Assembly (NCBI GenBank): GCA_973895155.1
Contig: OZ316897.1
Coordinates: forward strand, 2,369,316 to 2,433,315
Direction of reading: 5' to 3'
Length of the DNA: 64,000 nucleotides
Source: Marsupella aquatica
Lineage: Eukaryota > Plantae > Marchantiophyta
Shown here: in pieces, positions 1 to 10,845 of the stretch
Position numbering within the stretch: the first letter of the stretch is position 1
Layout: every line of letters begins with the position of its first letter
Program-made: the position numbers and the translations under genes
The notes under the pieces: model-generated
What the model saw: only the letters and a program-made list of their open reading frames with translations
Databases searched by the model: none
What the model was told of the DNA's origin: nothing

Positions 1-55
1 GAATCCAGTTATCACTACCTAGATTTGATACTACGTTGAGAGCATAACCTTGGCA

Positions 56-1114
56 TCACAATATGTCGTCATCATCGAGTAAATCTACCTCATGCAAGCT
101 CGATGTCGCGTTAGCAGATGCAATAGGGACCTTTACTTGACAATCCCTTTTCATGTGGCTAGGCTTGCCACAATTCCAACATGCAAGAGGCTTCCTCTCT
201 TGCAATTTTCCTCTGGATTTAGATCTCCCCCGTGATGTAGATCTAAACCTATTTTGCCCATTCGTGCGCTGCGCTGCTCTTCCACGGTTCACGTTCAGCG
301 CAGTGCCAGAAGAAGATCATGTTGTCTGTGATTGACCTAGCTTCTTCTGAGCATCATCAGATAGTAAAGAGCTCACCACCTCATTATACGAAATGGACTT
401 TAGATCTCTGTACAAGAGTACCTGTTTCAAGCCCTGATATGATGGCGGAAAGGAGCTTAGTAGAAGCAAGGCCTTATCCTCATTTTTAACTCCTTTTCCT
501 AGGTTTGACAGATCCACTGCTAGACTATCAAACTCATCCAAGTAATCCTGCATCTTGCTCCCTTCCTTGAGCCTGAGGCTCATCAAGAGAGACTTCTTGT
601 ATAGCCGGTATGATGTATCTTCCCGATAGTACTTCTCTCTTAGAGCTTTGAACAGTGACGCGCAATCCGCATAATCATCCAGCTGCTTGATGATGTGCGG
701 CTTGAGATATAGCATCACTGCGTTGACAGCAATCACCTACTCCTGTCTCCACTGTCTCACAAAAATCTCCTCCTCTCCATCATACTGCTCTCGCGATGCA
801 AGCAGATGAGCTAAGCCCATGGCCCGAAGGACACCCTTCACTTGCTTCTCCTAGAGCAAGTAATCAGTACGACCATCGTACTTCTCCACCTCAAACTTCA
901 CTCCTCCAAATCTAGTCATCTCCCTCTTCTTCCCTACTACCGATAGCTCTGGTAGTAGTATAGCTTCCTCCACTGCACGCCGCACTAGTGATCGTACCGG
1001 TGTCACTAGTTCCTCCTCAAATGGTAGCAGCTCCTCCTCAGACTCACCGTCTGATCATCGCAATCCTGAAGCTCCACCGACGCCAATTCTTTCAGTATCC
1101 TCCGAGTCACTCAT
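56..1114 (-). pseudogene. gag: gag of copia copy 1, disrupted by premature stops
   Basis: ORF fragments 56-292 and 317-736 match gag 42155-43222; CCHC zinc knuckle; internal stops, e.g. a 3-nt insertion creating TGA at ~317. Confidence 0.9.
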
Positions 1115-2798
1115 ATGAAACAATCACGAAAAAACGTCTTTTTTGAAACTTCTCATAAAACTCAAAACTCAACACCGCCGCATAGCCCACGAAGCTAGGA
1201 GTCCAATACTGAAATCCGAAATCAAAATCAAAATTCGACGGAAAAGTTATTCAAATTTTGGTCGGGGTGGGTAAAACCTTGGGAAACTCCCCCGTTTTGA
1301 CCACCCCGGAGAATAACCAAAATACCAAGTACAACCCGTTGTCAGAATCGCGATGTGATCGATGCGCAGCGTTGCTAACTCCAGTGGCAACGTCCGCGCC
1401 GAAAAAGAACCAAAAAAGTTATCGTTTGGCAGACGAAATCTTCGTCGGACGGCCGAAAAAAAACTCTCTGTTTTTTGGGAATATTCCCGCACAGTCCAAC
1501 AGGTCTCACAAGGGGCCATTCCCCTTGTCAGAGTGGTTAAAACGGAGGGCGGCAGGTCCTGGCACAAGGGACAACCAAACGAGAGGAAAAAATGGCATAA
1601 AAAGGGGCCCTAAAGGGGTGCTAATCCCTAAATACTAAAAATACAGGTATAACAAAAGCGACGCGAGGCGGGCCAGGGGACGTACAGGGTATTGAGGCGG
1701 GGGCCGGGAGTAAAAAACAGTTGCGCATAAAGGCAGGGCCGCAGCCGCGTAGGTTTAAAACCGGGGCCGCGGAGGGAATACAAGGGGCTGTGACTGTGGT
1801 GAAGGCGGCAGCAGGATCGCGGCTGCATACGGGTGCACAGGGGCTCGGGAGGGGCCGATCGGCGACTGAGAGGGAAAACAAGGGGCTGGGGCGCCAAGTT
1901 AAGCGGGAGGACAGGAGGAACGTGGGCGAGTGCGCGAGAGGCGCCGGCCGGCGCTGCACAGCTTGCCGCTGCGCCAGGTTTGACGGGAAGTGGGGGGAAA
2001 CGGCAAGTATGAGGGGGAGTATGAGGGGCCGGTTTGAGGTGTGTATACACCTCGTGTATATACACAAGTAAAACCCTTTTAAAACCCCCTAAAAAGTCAA
2101 AGATTAGCCCTTAACTTTAAAAAGCCGATTACTTATTTAACCGCTGCCGTTTCCAACAAGAAAAGTGAACGCCGCCGACGGGAAATATTGCCAAATTGCA
2201 CCGGCACAGTCTGCAAGCTTAGTAGAGACTAAAATTTTTTTCGCGTCGCCTTCACTCCGCGTCAAGTGCCAATCCCGGGCTCAAAATGACCACCTCGCCG
2301 CGATCAATCCGTTGAGCTGTAGTACTTCGCGTTTCTTCCACCGAGTCGGACGTCATGAAGAGAAACCCGGTTCAGATGAGAACAAGCTCCATAGCTTGTG
2401 AAAAAAACTTGAACGCCTCCGTCACTCGTCACGTCGCACTCGGTAACAACTCGGCAGCAATCCAGCAACCGAAACGACCAGCTCGCTTCAACCTTCAACT
2501 TGAGCTATAATGTGCGATCCCCCGATCACCGCAAAGCTCACACTGTTGAAAAACGCAAACTCTGGTCTCTCCCCTGAAAAACCGTCGAACATGAATAAAA
2601 CCTGAACGACGCAAACTTCGATTCCTCCGCACCACGGACACCGATCAACGAGTTCTAACCACCGTTAGAAAGCCCTCTCACTAACCTATCCGCTCAGCCA
2701 CACACATTCAAGTTTCATGCGACGAAACTCCGAATGTACCATCGACAATGAACGCTGGAAAAACCTATCACGAAAAAACCTCGTCACCTCCCAGACAT

Positions 2799-2810
2799 GC
2801 TCTGATACCA
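2799..2810 (-). promoter_or_regulatory. primer binding site (tRNA-iMet)
   Basis: Minus strand reads TGGTATCAGAGC, 2 nt from the LTR end. Confidence 0.95.
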
Positions 2811-2812
2811 CT

Positions 2813-3156
2813 TGTTGAGCATAGACAACATTTGTAACGGCAAGCCCATGAACCATCCAACGCACAATAGTCGACACAGAGAGATACGTGGTTCACCTCC
2901 ACATGAGGCTACGTCCACGGGAACACACAAGAGCTTTACTGCACTCTAGGCCGACCAGCCATACCAAGCATCCACAACACAAGCTCTCCCTATCTCTCAA
3001 CTAGCTCCATGACAATGAGCCTAAGTTCCACCAGGGTCTGGCATCAGCCCTGGCTATATACACAACAACACTACCACTAACATTAGCTAAGTCCTAACCC
3101 GAGTTAGACTAACTACGGTTAGCTCATGAGTCACAAGACTAGAGCAATATCTAACA
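2813..3156 (-). repeat. 5' LTR of copia copy 1 (344 bp)
   Basis: TGTTGAGCAT...ATCTAACA; aligns end to end with the LTRs of copy 2. Confidence 0.95.
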
Positions 3157-3808
3157 TTTGGCACCTTTTTTCAGTTTAACTACTATGTTGCCACTTTCTT
3201 CACCTGACAGAACATTGTTTTGTCAGATTACATACTTTGGCATTTGTTCGTTGAATCACAATGTTGCCACCTTTTTCCACGGCCACTTTTTTTTGTCAGA
3301 TTACATACTTTGCCACCTTTATAAGTTGAATTACTATGTTACCACTTTTTCAACTGCTGGTTAAGCCGTGTAACTCTGGTTAACATGGAATGATCCAACA
3401 CTCAATATCCTACAGGTTTTCAAAATTGGACAATTGTCACCATCCTCAACTTATTCTCAACACCCTTGCCCAGCCTTCAACAACAGGCAAGGGCTAGTGG
3501 GCCAGCCAACTAGAAGGGGGACGAGGTGGTTGGGGCAGGAGAAAAGTAAGAGACACAATTACCCAATGTTGAGGGTTGGAAAGAGTGTTGTGGTTATGAT
3601 AGAGGACATGGATGACCATCTGACAGTCCCGCTGACAGTGAAACCTGGTTAGATGTTGACCATAGGATTGTTCAGGTTAACTAGAGTCAATTTGCTTAAC
3701 CACTTGTGGAAATAGATGGCAATCGGGATGGCAATATAGTATTTACACCAAAAAAACTGGCAAAGTGTATATTTGGACAAAACATAGTGGCAATGTAATA
3801 ACTCAAAC
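3157..3808. mobile_element. degenerate long-TIR (Mutator/foldback-like) non-autonomous element; left arm interrupted by copia copy 1
   Basis: Inverted similarity, e.g. GGTTAAGC..AACTCTGGTTAACA (~3359-3385) vs GTTAACTAGAGTC..GCTTAACC (~3677-3700); internal repeats TTTTGTCAGATTACATACTTTG. Confidence 0.55.
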
Positions 3809-3988
3809 AATTGTAAACACATGCAGGCTTGAAAGGTTAAACTTGGTTGTTGCTACTCACTTGTAGGAGTAACGTGTTCAACATTTAAGACTGTTATGTA
3901 ATTTAGTTCTTTTGGATTATAGTGATTATTGACCTGAAACTGGAAGAGCCAGTCCCCATCTAGAATCAAAAAAACTTTGTGTGTTATT

Positions 3989-4180
3989 AGAGGCGTCTGA
4001 ACCCCACTTTTGGGGGATTATGTTTATAAACTCTCCTTGAATGAAAAGAACTTCGAAGTGTAACAAGAGGCGTCTGAACCCCACTTTTGGGGCGGGTGTA
4101 TTAAAAGTTCATGGTGAAGTTAGAACCCGGCACCTGAGTCGCCCCACTCTCGCGCACTACCAGTAACCCATGGACTGCAC
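3989..4180 (-). mobile_element. possible tRNA-derived SINE remnant
   Basis: Minus-strand A-box-like TGGGTTACTGG (4170-4160) and B-box-like GGTTCTAACT (4127-4118) with tRNA-like spacing; downstream 27-bp direct repeat AGAGGCGTCTGAACCCCACTTTTGGGG x2. Confidence 0.3.
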
Positions 4181-4379
4181 GATGTTCATAAGCGTCTTCT
4201 TTAGGTATTTAGTTTTAGTCTGCGGGCAACTACCGGCTACCGGCAGCTATCGACTAATGGAACAGGCGCAACACAACAGCATTTAATGTGAAACCCATGA
4301 TTTATAGAAGGAAATTTGCAGCTCACCTATGCCAGCACTTAAGAGACTATTATTAGATTATTGGCCACACGATTCATAG

Positions 4380-4635
4380 ATGCAAAGTAGCATTGATTAG
4401 CCTATAAGTAGCTTGCTTAGCTGGCGGCATATGCTAGACCGCTTATTAGCTTGAGTATGATCAGTAAGCTTGATTAATGCAAATTAGCATTGAGTATGAC
4501 TAATTAATGCAAATTAGCATTGAGTGGTCCATAAGTAAGACCCGTTTATTAGCTTGAGTATCATCACTGAGACTAATTAATGCAAATTAGCATGGACCGA
4601 CATCGCCCATTGCAATTCCACATTGAAATCACCAA

Positions 4636-4671
<36 letters not shown>

Positions 4672-5220
4672 CTGTACTGCGTGAACCATTTACAAAATCA
4701 CATGGCAGGGAATGAGAATGAGAGAATGTGCAGGAATGCACATTCCCTCGATAGAATGTATTTATTTGGGGAAGTGTGCACACTGACATCCAGCTCAAAA
4801 ATGTATACACATTTGAAACAGTAGCAAACCCTGTATAGACATAGTAAGGGTTTATGTCTTACGGTCGAACTCATGATAGCGGGTCACATTCGTAAATGGG
4901 TGATGATCGCCCAAGTCCAGGGCCGCGTGGTGTGGAAGGGGACTCGCGTCCCTAGGCAAGAGGGACGTGGGGTCAGGGCGTGGGAGGGATAAGGGCTGGT
5001 GGCGGGGACAGGAACTCGATAAGGGCTGCTCGCGGGGACAGGGCGCGGGAGCCTTTGGCTGGCGCTGCCCGAATGCCTTTGACGCCTGCCCGATTCCGTT
5101 ATGCCACTGTAAACACTGAGGGTGTAATCACACCTCTAATGGCGCATTGAATGACATCAACATTGCCAATCACGCTGAATAGCCGCAAGACTAATTAATG
5201 CAAATTAGCATTGATTAGCC
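4380..5220. repeat. dispersed cluster of (GACT)AATTAATGCAAATTAGCAT(TGA) units
   Basis: Copies at ~4473, 4501, 4571 and 5189, plus a variant at 4380. Confidence 0.8.
4637..4666. repeat. (AC)15 microsatellite
   Basis: Perfect dinucleotide run. Confidence 0.95.
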
Positions 5221-6365
5221 AATATGTAGCTGCCCGCCTGTGTCAGACCTACTTATCAGCCTATCAGGGAGATGTTGGGTTTTGGTACTGTGAGACCCCT
5301 ATTAGATCCTGCCCACCAAATTGCCTAGGGGTTAGAGACCTCTACTCTTATGTATCTGTAGGTTTAGCTTTCCCAAACCCCATCACTGTGCTCTACTAGT
5401 ATTGCACTTCAATGCTCTAAAAAGCAATCCATTTGATACCAAACAGAGAATCGCAAGGTCTTTTTGTCTTTTTAAGATCGGTTTCATATTTATGTAGTTC
5501 ATGAACTTCTAGAATCCTTACACCAATCCCTAAAGCTGCGACAGATTTCAAATTATTCCTAGTGCTGTGTACAACGCATGGTAGAACTGTTAGTAACTTG
5601 TGCTAATCAGAGGATTCAGGTTATGTATTTGGGTTGCACGCTCTTCAGAACCATTCATAATGTGTAGGAGACAGGACTCAAAAAGACATTGGCTCATACC
5701 AACATGAAACTGCAGCTCCCACTGCCAGATTTCGACCTCGGACTAATCTGTGTCTCGTCCTTAAACATAGTCCCAGAGCATCGTCATAGAGCTCTTCAGT
5801 AGTGTTCTGGATCAGGATTAATTGGATTAGGTGCGGAAAATTGGGAGGCGCCCTCTTCATTTGGATTGTACATCAAAAGCATACTGAACCGTGAATTCAT
5901 GGAAGAACGTCAAACCCGGTGTGATTAATAGCATGCAAGTTATTCAAGCTGAGCCGACCAAGTGCACGGCAAGCTTCAAGATTAGTATAGGCAATACCAG
6001 TTCATCTGGCCCCAATCAAGATATTCTTTACTGAAATTAGTTGCCGGATCGATTGGGTTCGGAAGTTGCCCCCTTTCTCCCTGATAGTCATCAAGGGTAT
6101 ATGAGCTCGGGATCATTTAGTGATATGGCACATGGAGCAACCAGGCTCCCCCTTCCCTCTGATCAGGTCAGCCTACTGAAAACTTGGGGACCGGAAAAGT
6201 GGAGAGAATGACATTCAGGTCCCTGAGCAGGAAAGTGGGATCGATTGAATTGGAGAGATTTGAACCATTATTTGACAATCTTGAGGAAAATATGGAGGAT
6301 GGTTCTGCATATCTCCAAGATGCCTTCATCTTGAATTTACGAGGATAATGTTCACATCGAAAGCC

Positions 6366-9300
6366 CTAAGCATAGTAATTCAAGCTGGCCTTCTTCTTAG
6401 CTTGGACTTGGATGATGCCCTCGTTGAAATCCTCGTGCGTAACCTGTGCCAGGTAAAGAGAGTTTACGCGAGAATACGCATGTAGCCTCTAACCAGGGTG
6501 ACAAAGACCAGAACTTGAATTCAAGGAATCTTCAAATGACATGTAATGAGAAAATATATAGAACTCACGTTGATCTAATCTGGGGGCTTACCTCAGTAGC
6601 ATCTCGTCGGAGAGCAAGCATTCCAGCTTCAATGCACACGGCCTTCAGTTGAGCTCCATTGAAGTCATCAGTCGACCGTGCAAGTTCCTCAAAGTTCACA
6701 TCTGGTCTCACATTCATCTTTCTAGAGTGAATCTGCAGCCAGGCACACGAGTTCCACTCACTGATTAATCGAGGAATAGTCTAGCATGCATTGGATATTG
6801 AGGACACACGGATTGGTAATACTTCCATAAAGCAAGATAGTATGCACACCTGTAAAATGCGAGCACGAGCTTCTTCAGTGGGATGTGGGAACTCAATCTT
6901 TCGATCAAGACGACCAGATCGCATCAGGGCTGGATCCAAAATATCAGCACGATTTGTGGCAGCGATGACCTGTAACATTGGGAATCAGTGTTGACATCTG
7001 TAAGACACGCAGAAACGAACCGATCATAGAAAAAACTCTTCGTTGAGCTAAGGATCCATGAAAACATTTCCTATTAGTTTAGTAGGACTGAGGCTCACCT
7101 TGATTCTGTCATCGCTACTGAAACCATCAAGCTGATTTAACAATTCAAGCATGGTCCTTTGCACCTCTCGATCTCCACTAACTTCACTGTTGAGACAAAA
7201 AAATTGGTTCACACTTGTCATTGGAGGAAACAACGATATGTTTAAGAAGCTCACATGCAAAAAAACGAAACGGCCACAAGTAAGCAATGTCTATTACGAA
7301 CTTTCCATCTCTGCTATGGATCCAAACCTTGCCATAACTGACATAAGCAAATTCAAATATGTGGCACAGCAGTAACACGATACGGTGACAAATGAAACTG
7401 CCCTGCTCTCTTCCAGTGACCAAATTAATTACTTTGACCATTGAGCAAGCCCCAGCTTTAAGATGCGAAGGAAACCTGTCAAAACGCTTGGTTCCAATCG
7501 CATCAACCTCGTCTATGAAGATAATGCAGGGAGCCTTCTCCTTAGCCAATTGAAAGGCATCCCTGACAAGCTTTGCTCCATCCCCAATAAACATCTGCAC
7601 GGGAAAAAAGATTTATTAGATCTTTTGAAGTTTTCACTTACACAATTATCTTCGTGGTATATAGAATTTTCTGCTGCAAACTGTACTGTGACAAGTACCA
7701 GACAGTAGGTAAACTGGATTAAATCTCTAATGATGTGGTACTTCCACTACAACAATAACCGTACCTGGACAAGTTGGGGCCCTGCAAGCTTTAAATAAGT
7801 TGCATTCGTTTGGGCAGCACAAGCACGAGCCATAAGTGTTTTCCCTGTTCCTGGTGGACCATAAAGAAGAACACCCTTAGGGGGTCTGATCCCAATTGTC
7901 TCAAATCTCTCTTTGTGAGTCATCGGAAGGACAATAGCTTCCACCAATTCTTGAATCTGCGACAAACAAACAACGAAACACTCAGAGAAAACAACAAAAG
8001 TCTTGACAGTGGATTGCGAAGGCGACCTATCCCCATTGGGTTATGATTTAAAGGAGAAAACAGATTAATCGACAGTTGTTCATAACATGTTCGCAAACTA
8101 CAATTTACAGCTCTGTAGCCAAATGTAGAACCCTCTCTGGGATTTGTATAGGTGCCCACCTGCTTATCAAGACCTCCAATATCACTGTAGTCCTCTGTTG
8201 GCTTTTCATCCACCTCCATTGCCTTCACGCGTGAGTCGTACTCTGAGGGGAGAGTATCGAGGATCAGGTAACTATCCTTGTTTACACCCACTAAGTCTCC
8301 TGGCTTCAATACATCCGGGTCTACCAGGCCAACCACAGGTAAGAAGATAGTCTGCACATGGACAAAAGCATGAATTAGAAATGCGGATCAGAATACCACT
8401 CAAGAGGCTTGCAGGTCAATATCAGATAATTCCATTGTATTAGAACTCGGACGTTCAAGAATCACTACAGATTTTATAATTCCAAACAGGTTCCTCGAGC
8501 CTGTAGACTGAGCGTGACTTGTATCGGCCTCCGATAGTGTACAAAAAACAGCGGAAACTCCTGATGATGAAACGGCCACTTCACTAAAAAGGTCCTTTCC
8601 AGTTTCACGATTTTCGTATTCTGGGAAAATTATGACTACTGAGTTCAAACATTTCACTTAAAGGGATAGAATGCATGACACCCAGCACACGGGCGCTTAC
8701 TTGTCGAGTTGAAGTCTTTAAGACCACACACTTTCCTTTTCTCTGCGAGTCTAAGTCAACATTTGCCCCATCCTCTTCAGCTTCATCTTCAGGACTGACA
8801 TCTAAGATCTGTACGCAATGAGCAGACACGTCATTAGTCACCAGAAAAGTCTGAAGGACCTGCTCAAATTCCATTCAAACGTTAATGGAATACCAGACAC
8901 GACTCTTCTTGGAAAGGGTAAAGTCACTCCTAGGGGGCTTCTTATCAGTACAACAGGCTCACTTCCAATTTCGTCATCCTATAGTACCTCAAAAAACATG
9001 GCAAGCAACTGTAAAAGAACATAAACTGTAAACACTCTTCGCAGATTGATTAACTCCTTTAGGATGTCAATAGTATATGAGCTCAGCGCTTGCAAATCCA
9101 TACATCCATGAACGCGTCTTAGGGAATATCCAAAAACTTAAAGCAATTTGGCATGTGAAGGTCGTAAAGGCCAAATTCCGAGCCCTATTTTCTAAAACTA
9201 ATGCAGCGGTAGTCAATCCTATTCACATCATCTCCATAGAATCAATTCCGTTGAAACTCATAGATGAACCCTAACTCCAACAATACCTTGGTTTAAAACC

Positions 9301-10139
9301 CTAACACTTCGTACCTCAACCACGTTACCCACGAGATAGGGCAACTGCTTGTTCAACTTGATTTTCTCCTGATTCTCTTTGATCTTCTCCCGAGTTGCTT
9401 CATGTTCTAAATTCAGTCGCTGGAGTTCGTCCTACAGAAATAGACCAAAATGGTGATTGCAACCCCAAGTCAACGCCAAGAAACTATCCCAACTGCTTGA
9501 ACCAAAACGTCCCAAATTCTTTCCTGTAACCTCACCTAAAGTACCCATACCTCTAGCCACTTGCAAGACACGGTATACGCCAAGGCATACGCAGAGAGCT
9601 CTTCTCAAGTAAAGTCTGAACAGACTGAAATGCTCAAACCATGAGAAACGAAGGGATAAAACGAGATTCTAGAGTATAAACAACAATCAGTAACAGAATT
9701 GGCGGAGCGTCAGTCTGGTGTGAGCACACTAACGAAAACAATTGGGTGTGGACAAGCCACAGAAACGGATAGAATTCCTGCTATAGTCTTACGCAGAAGA
9801 CGCAAAACACCCTAACATTACCTACAACGTTCATTCGCACTACGAGAAACTCGAAACCTCATTCATAGGCCCAATTAACACAGAAAGGATAAAGCCCAAA
9901 AAACCCTAATCCACAACAGGCACAAACAAATAAAAGCCTCGTCCGAAGCAAGATAAACCCCTCACAGCAGTTGCAACGAGCACAAGCTTTAGCGTGCGTA
10001 TGAGTGTACAAACCCTGAGCACACGTATTTCATTGTCGAGAAGCCGACTGCGGCGATTAATGTCGTCCGTGGTCATGCCCGCGAGCTCGTCGGTGACATC
10101 ATCGAAAATGTCCGCCTCGTTGATCCCGGAAGCCTCCAT
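6366..10139 (-). CDS. RPT5: 26S proteasome AAA-ATPase subunit RPT5 (regulatory subunit 6A), ~426 aa, 10 exons: 10139-10014, 9431-9315, 8808-8701, 8351-8160, 7956-7765, 7594-7476, 7186-7099, 6969-6850, 6732-6592, 6443-6366
   Basis: Walker A GPPGTGKT, Walker [36 protein letters not shown]-terminal HbYX tail LNYYA*; all introns GT-AG and in frame. Confidence 0.97.
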
Positions 10140-10360
10140 CGCAATGGAAGGAAGCTCAGCGATGGCGATCAGAATGACGAGCAGCACGGTAGAAAGGCAG
10201 CCCCGCTATTCCAATTCGAAGCAACGACTCCAGTGGTGCAATTCGCACCGGCACCGGCACCGAGCAACTCCCTTCACTCGATCGACTTTCGACGAGGCAT
10301 GAAGAACGTCACGAAACACCAAACAGACTATACTCCCAGCAAAGTGCAAATCTTAAGGTA

Positions 10361-10845
10361 CAGCTTTTTGCTAACGTGTACCCCAAACCATCCTGTATTA
10401 CTAATGTGCCCCCAAATTAAATTTAGTTATCACCCTCTTAGTAATGTGCCCCCAAATTAAATTTAGTTATCAACCTCCTAGTAATGTGCCCCCACGATAA
10501 ATTTAATTATCAACCCCACTCCCCATTTAGTATACAGGAACCTTAGTATTAACTCAACTCGTGACCGGGTTGTTGTTGCCATTGGCAAACCCTTAACCTG
10601 CCGTGACCCCCTTGGTCTCCGTTCCTCTTCCCCATTGCGGGGCAGAGTCGTAGGCCCAAAGGGGGAATGAGGGGGGTTGTGGGGGGGGCTAAGGCTAGCC
10701 AATGATGGCTGGCCACATGGCAATGGGAACCCGGTGTCTCAAGTTAGTACTAACCAGTATACAAAATGGAAGGCAGGCTGATAATAATTTTGGGGGGTGT
10801 GTTAGTAATACCGGGTATTTTGGGGGACAGGTTAGTAAAAAGCTG
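10361..10845. mobile_element. Mutator-like MITE directly upstream of RPT5
   Basis: TIRs CAGCTTTTTGCTAAC...GTTAGTAAAAAGCTG extending imperfectly inward; 10-bp imperfect TSD TCTTAAGGTA/TCAGAAGGTA; three 40-bp tandem units in the left arm. Confidence 0.8.

Larger units (their letters stand above)
1..3156 (-). mobile_element. Ty1/copia LTR retrotransposon, copy 1 (5' LTR, PBS, long leader, degraded gag, start of protease; truncated by window start)
   Basis: LTR TG...CA at 2813-3156 is near-identical to the LTRs at 38416 and 44861; tRNA-iMet PBS adjacent; gag zinc knuckle CWNCGKPSHMKRDC; colinear with 42100-45209. Confidence 0.95.

Noticed and set aside
4819-5109. CAGTAGC...GCCACTG as hAT-like TIRs
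   Set aside because: Only 7 bp with a mismatch, and no 8-bp TSD
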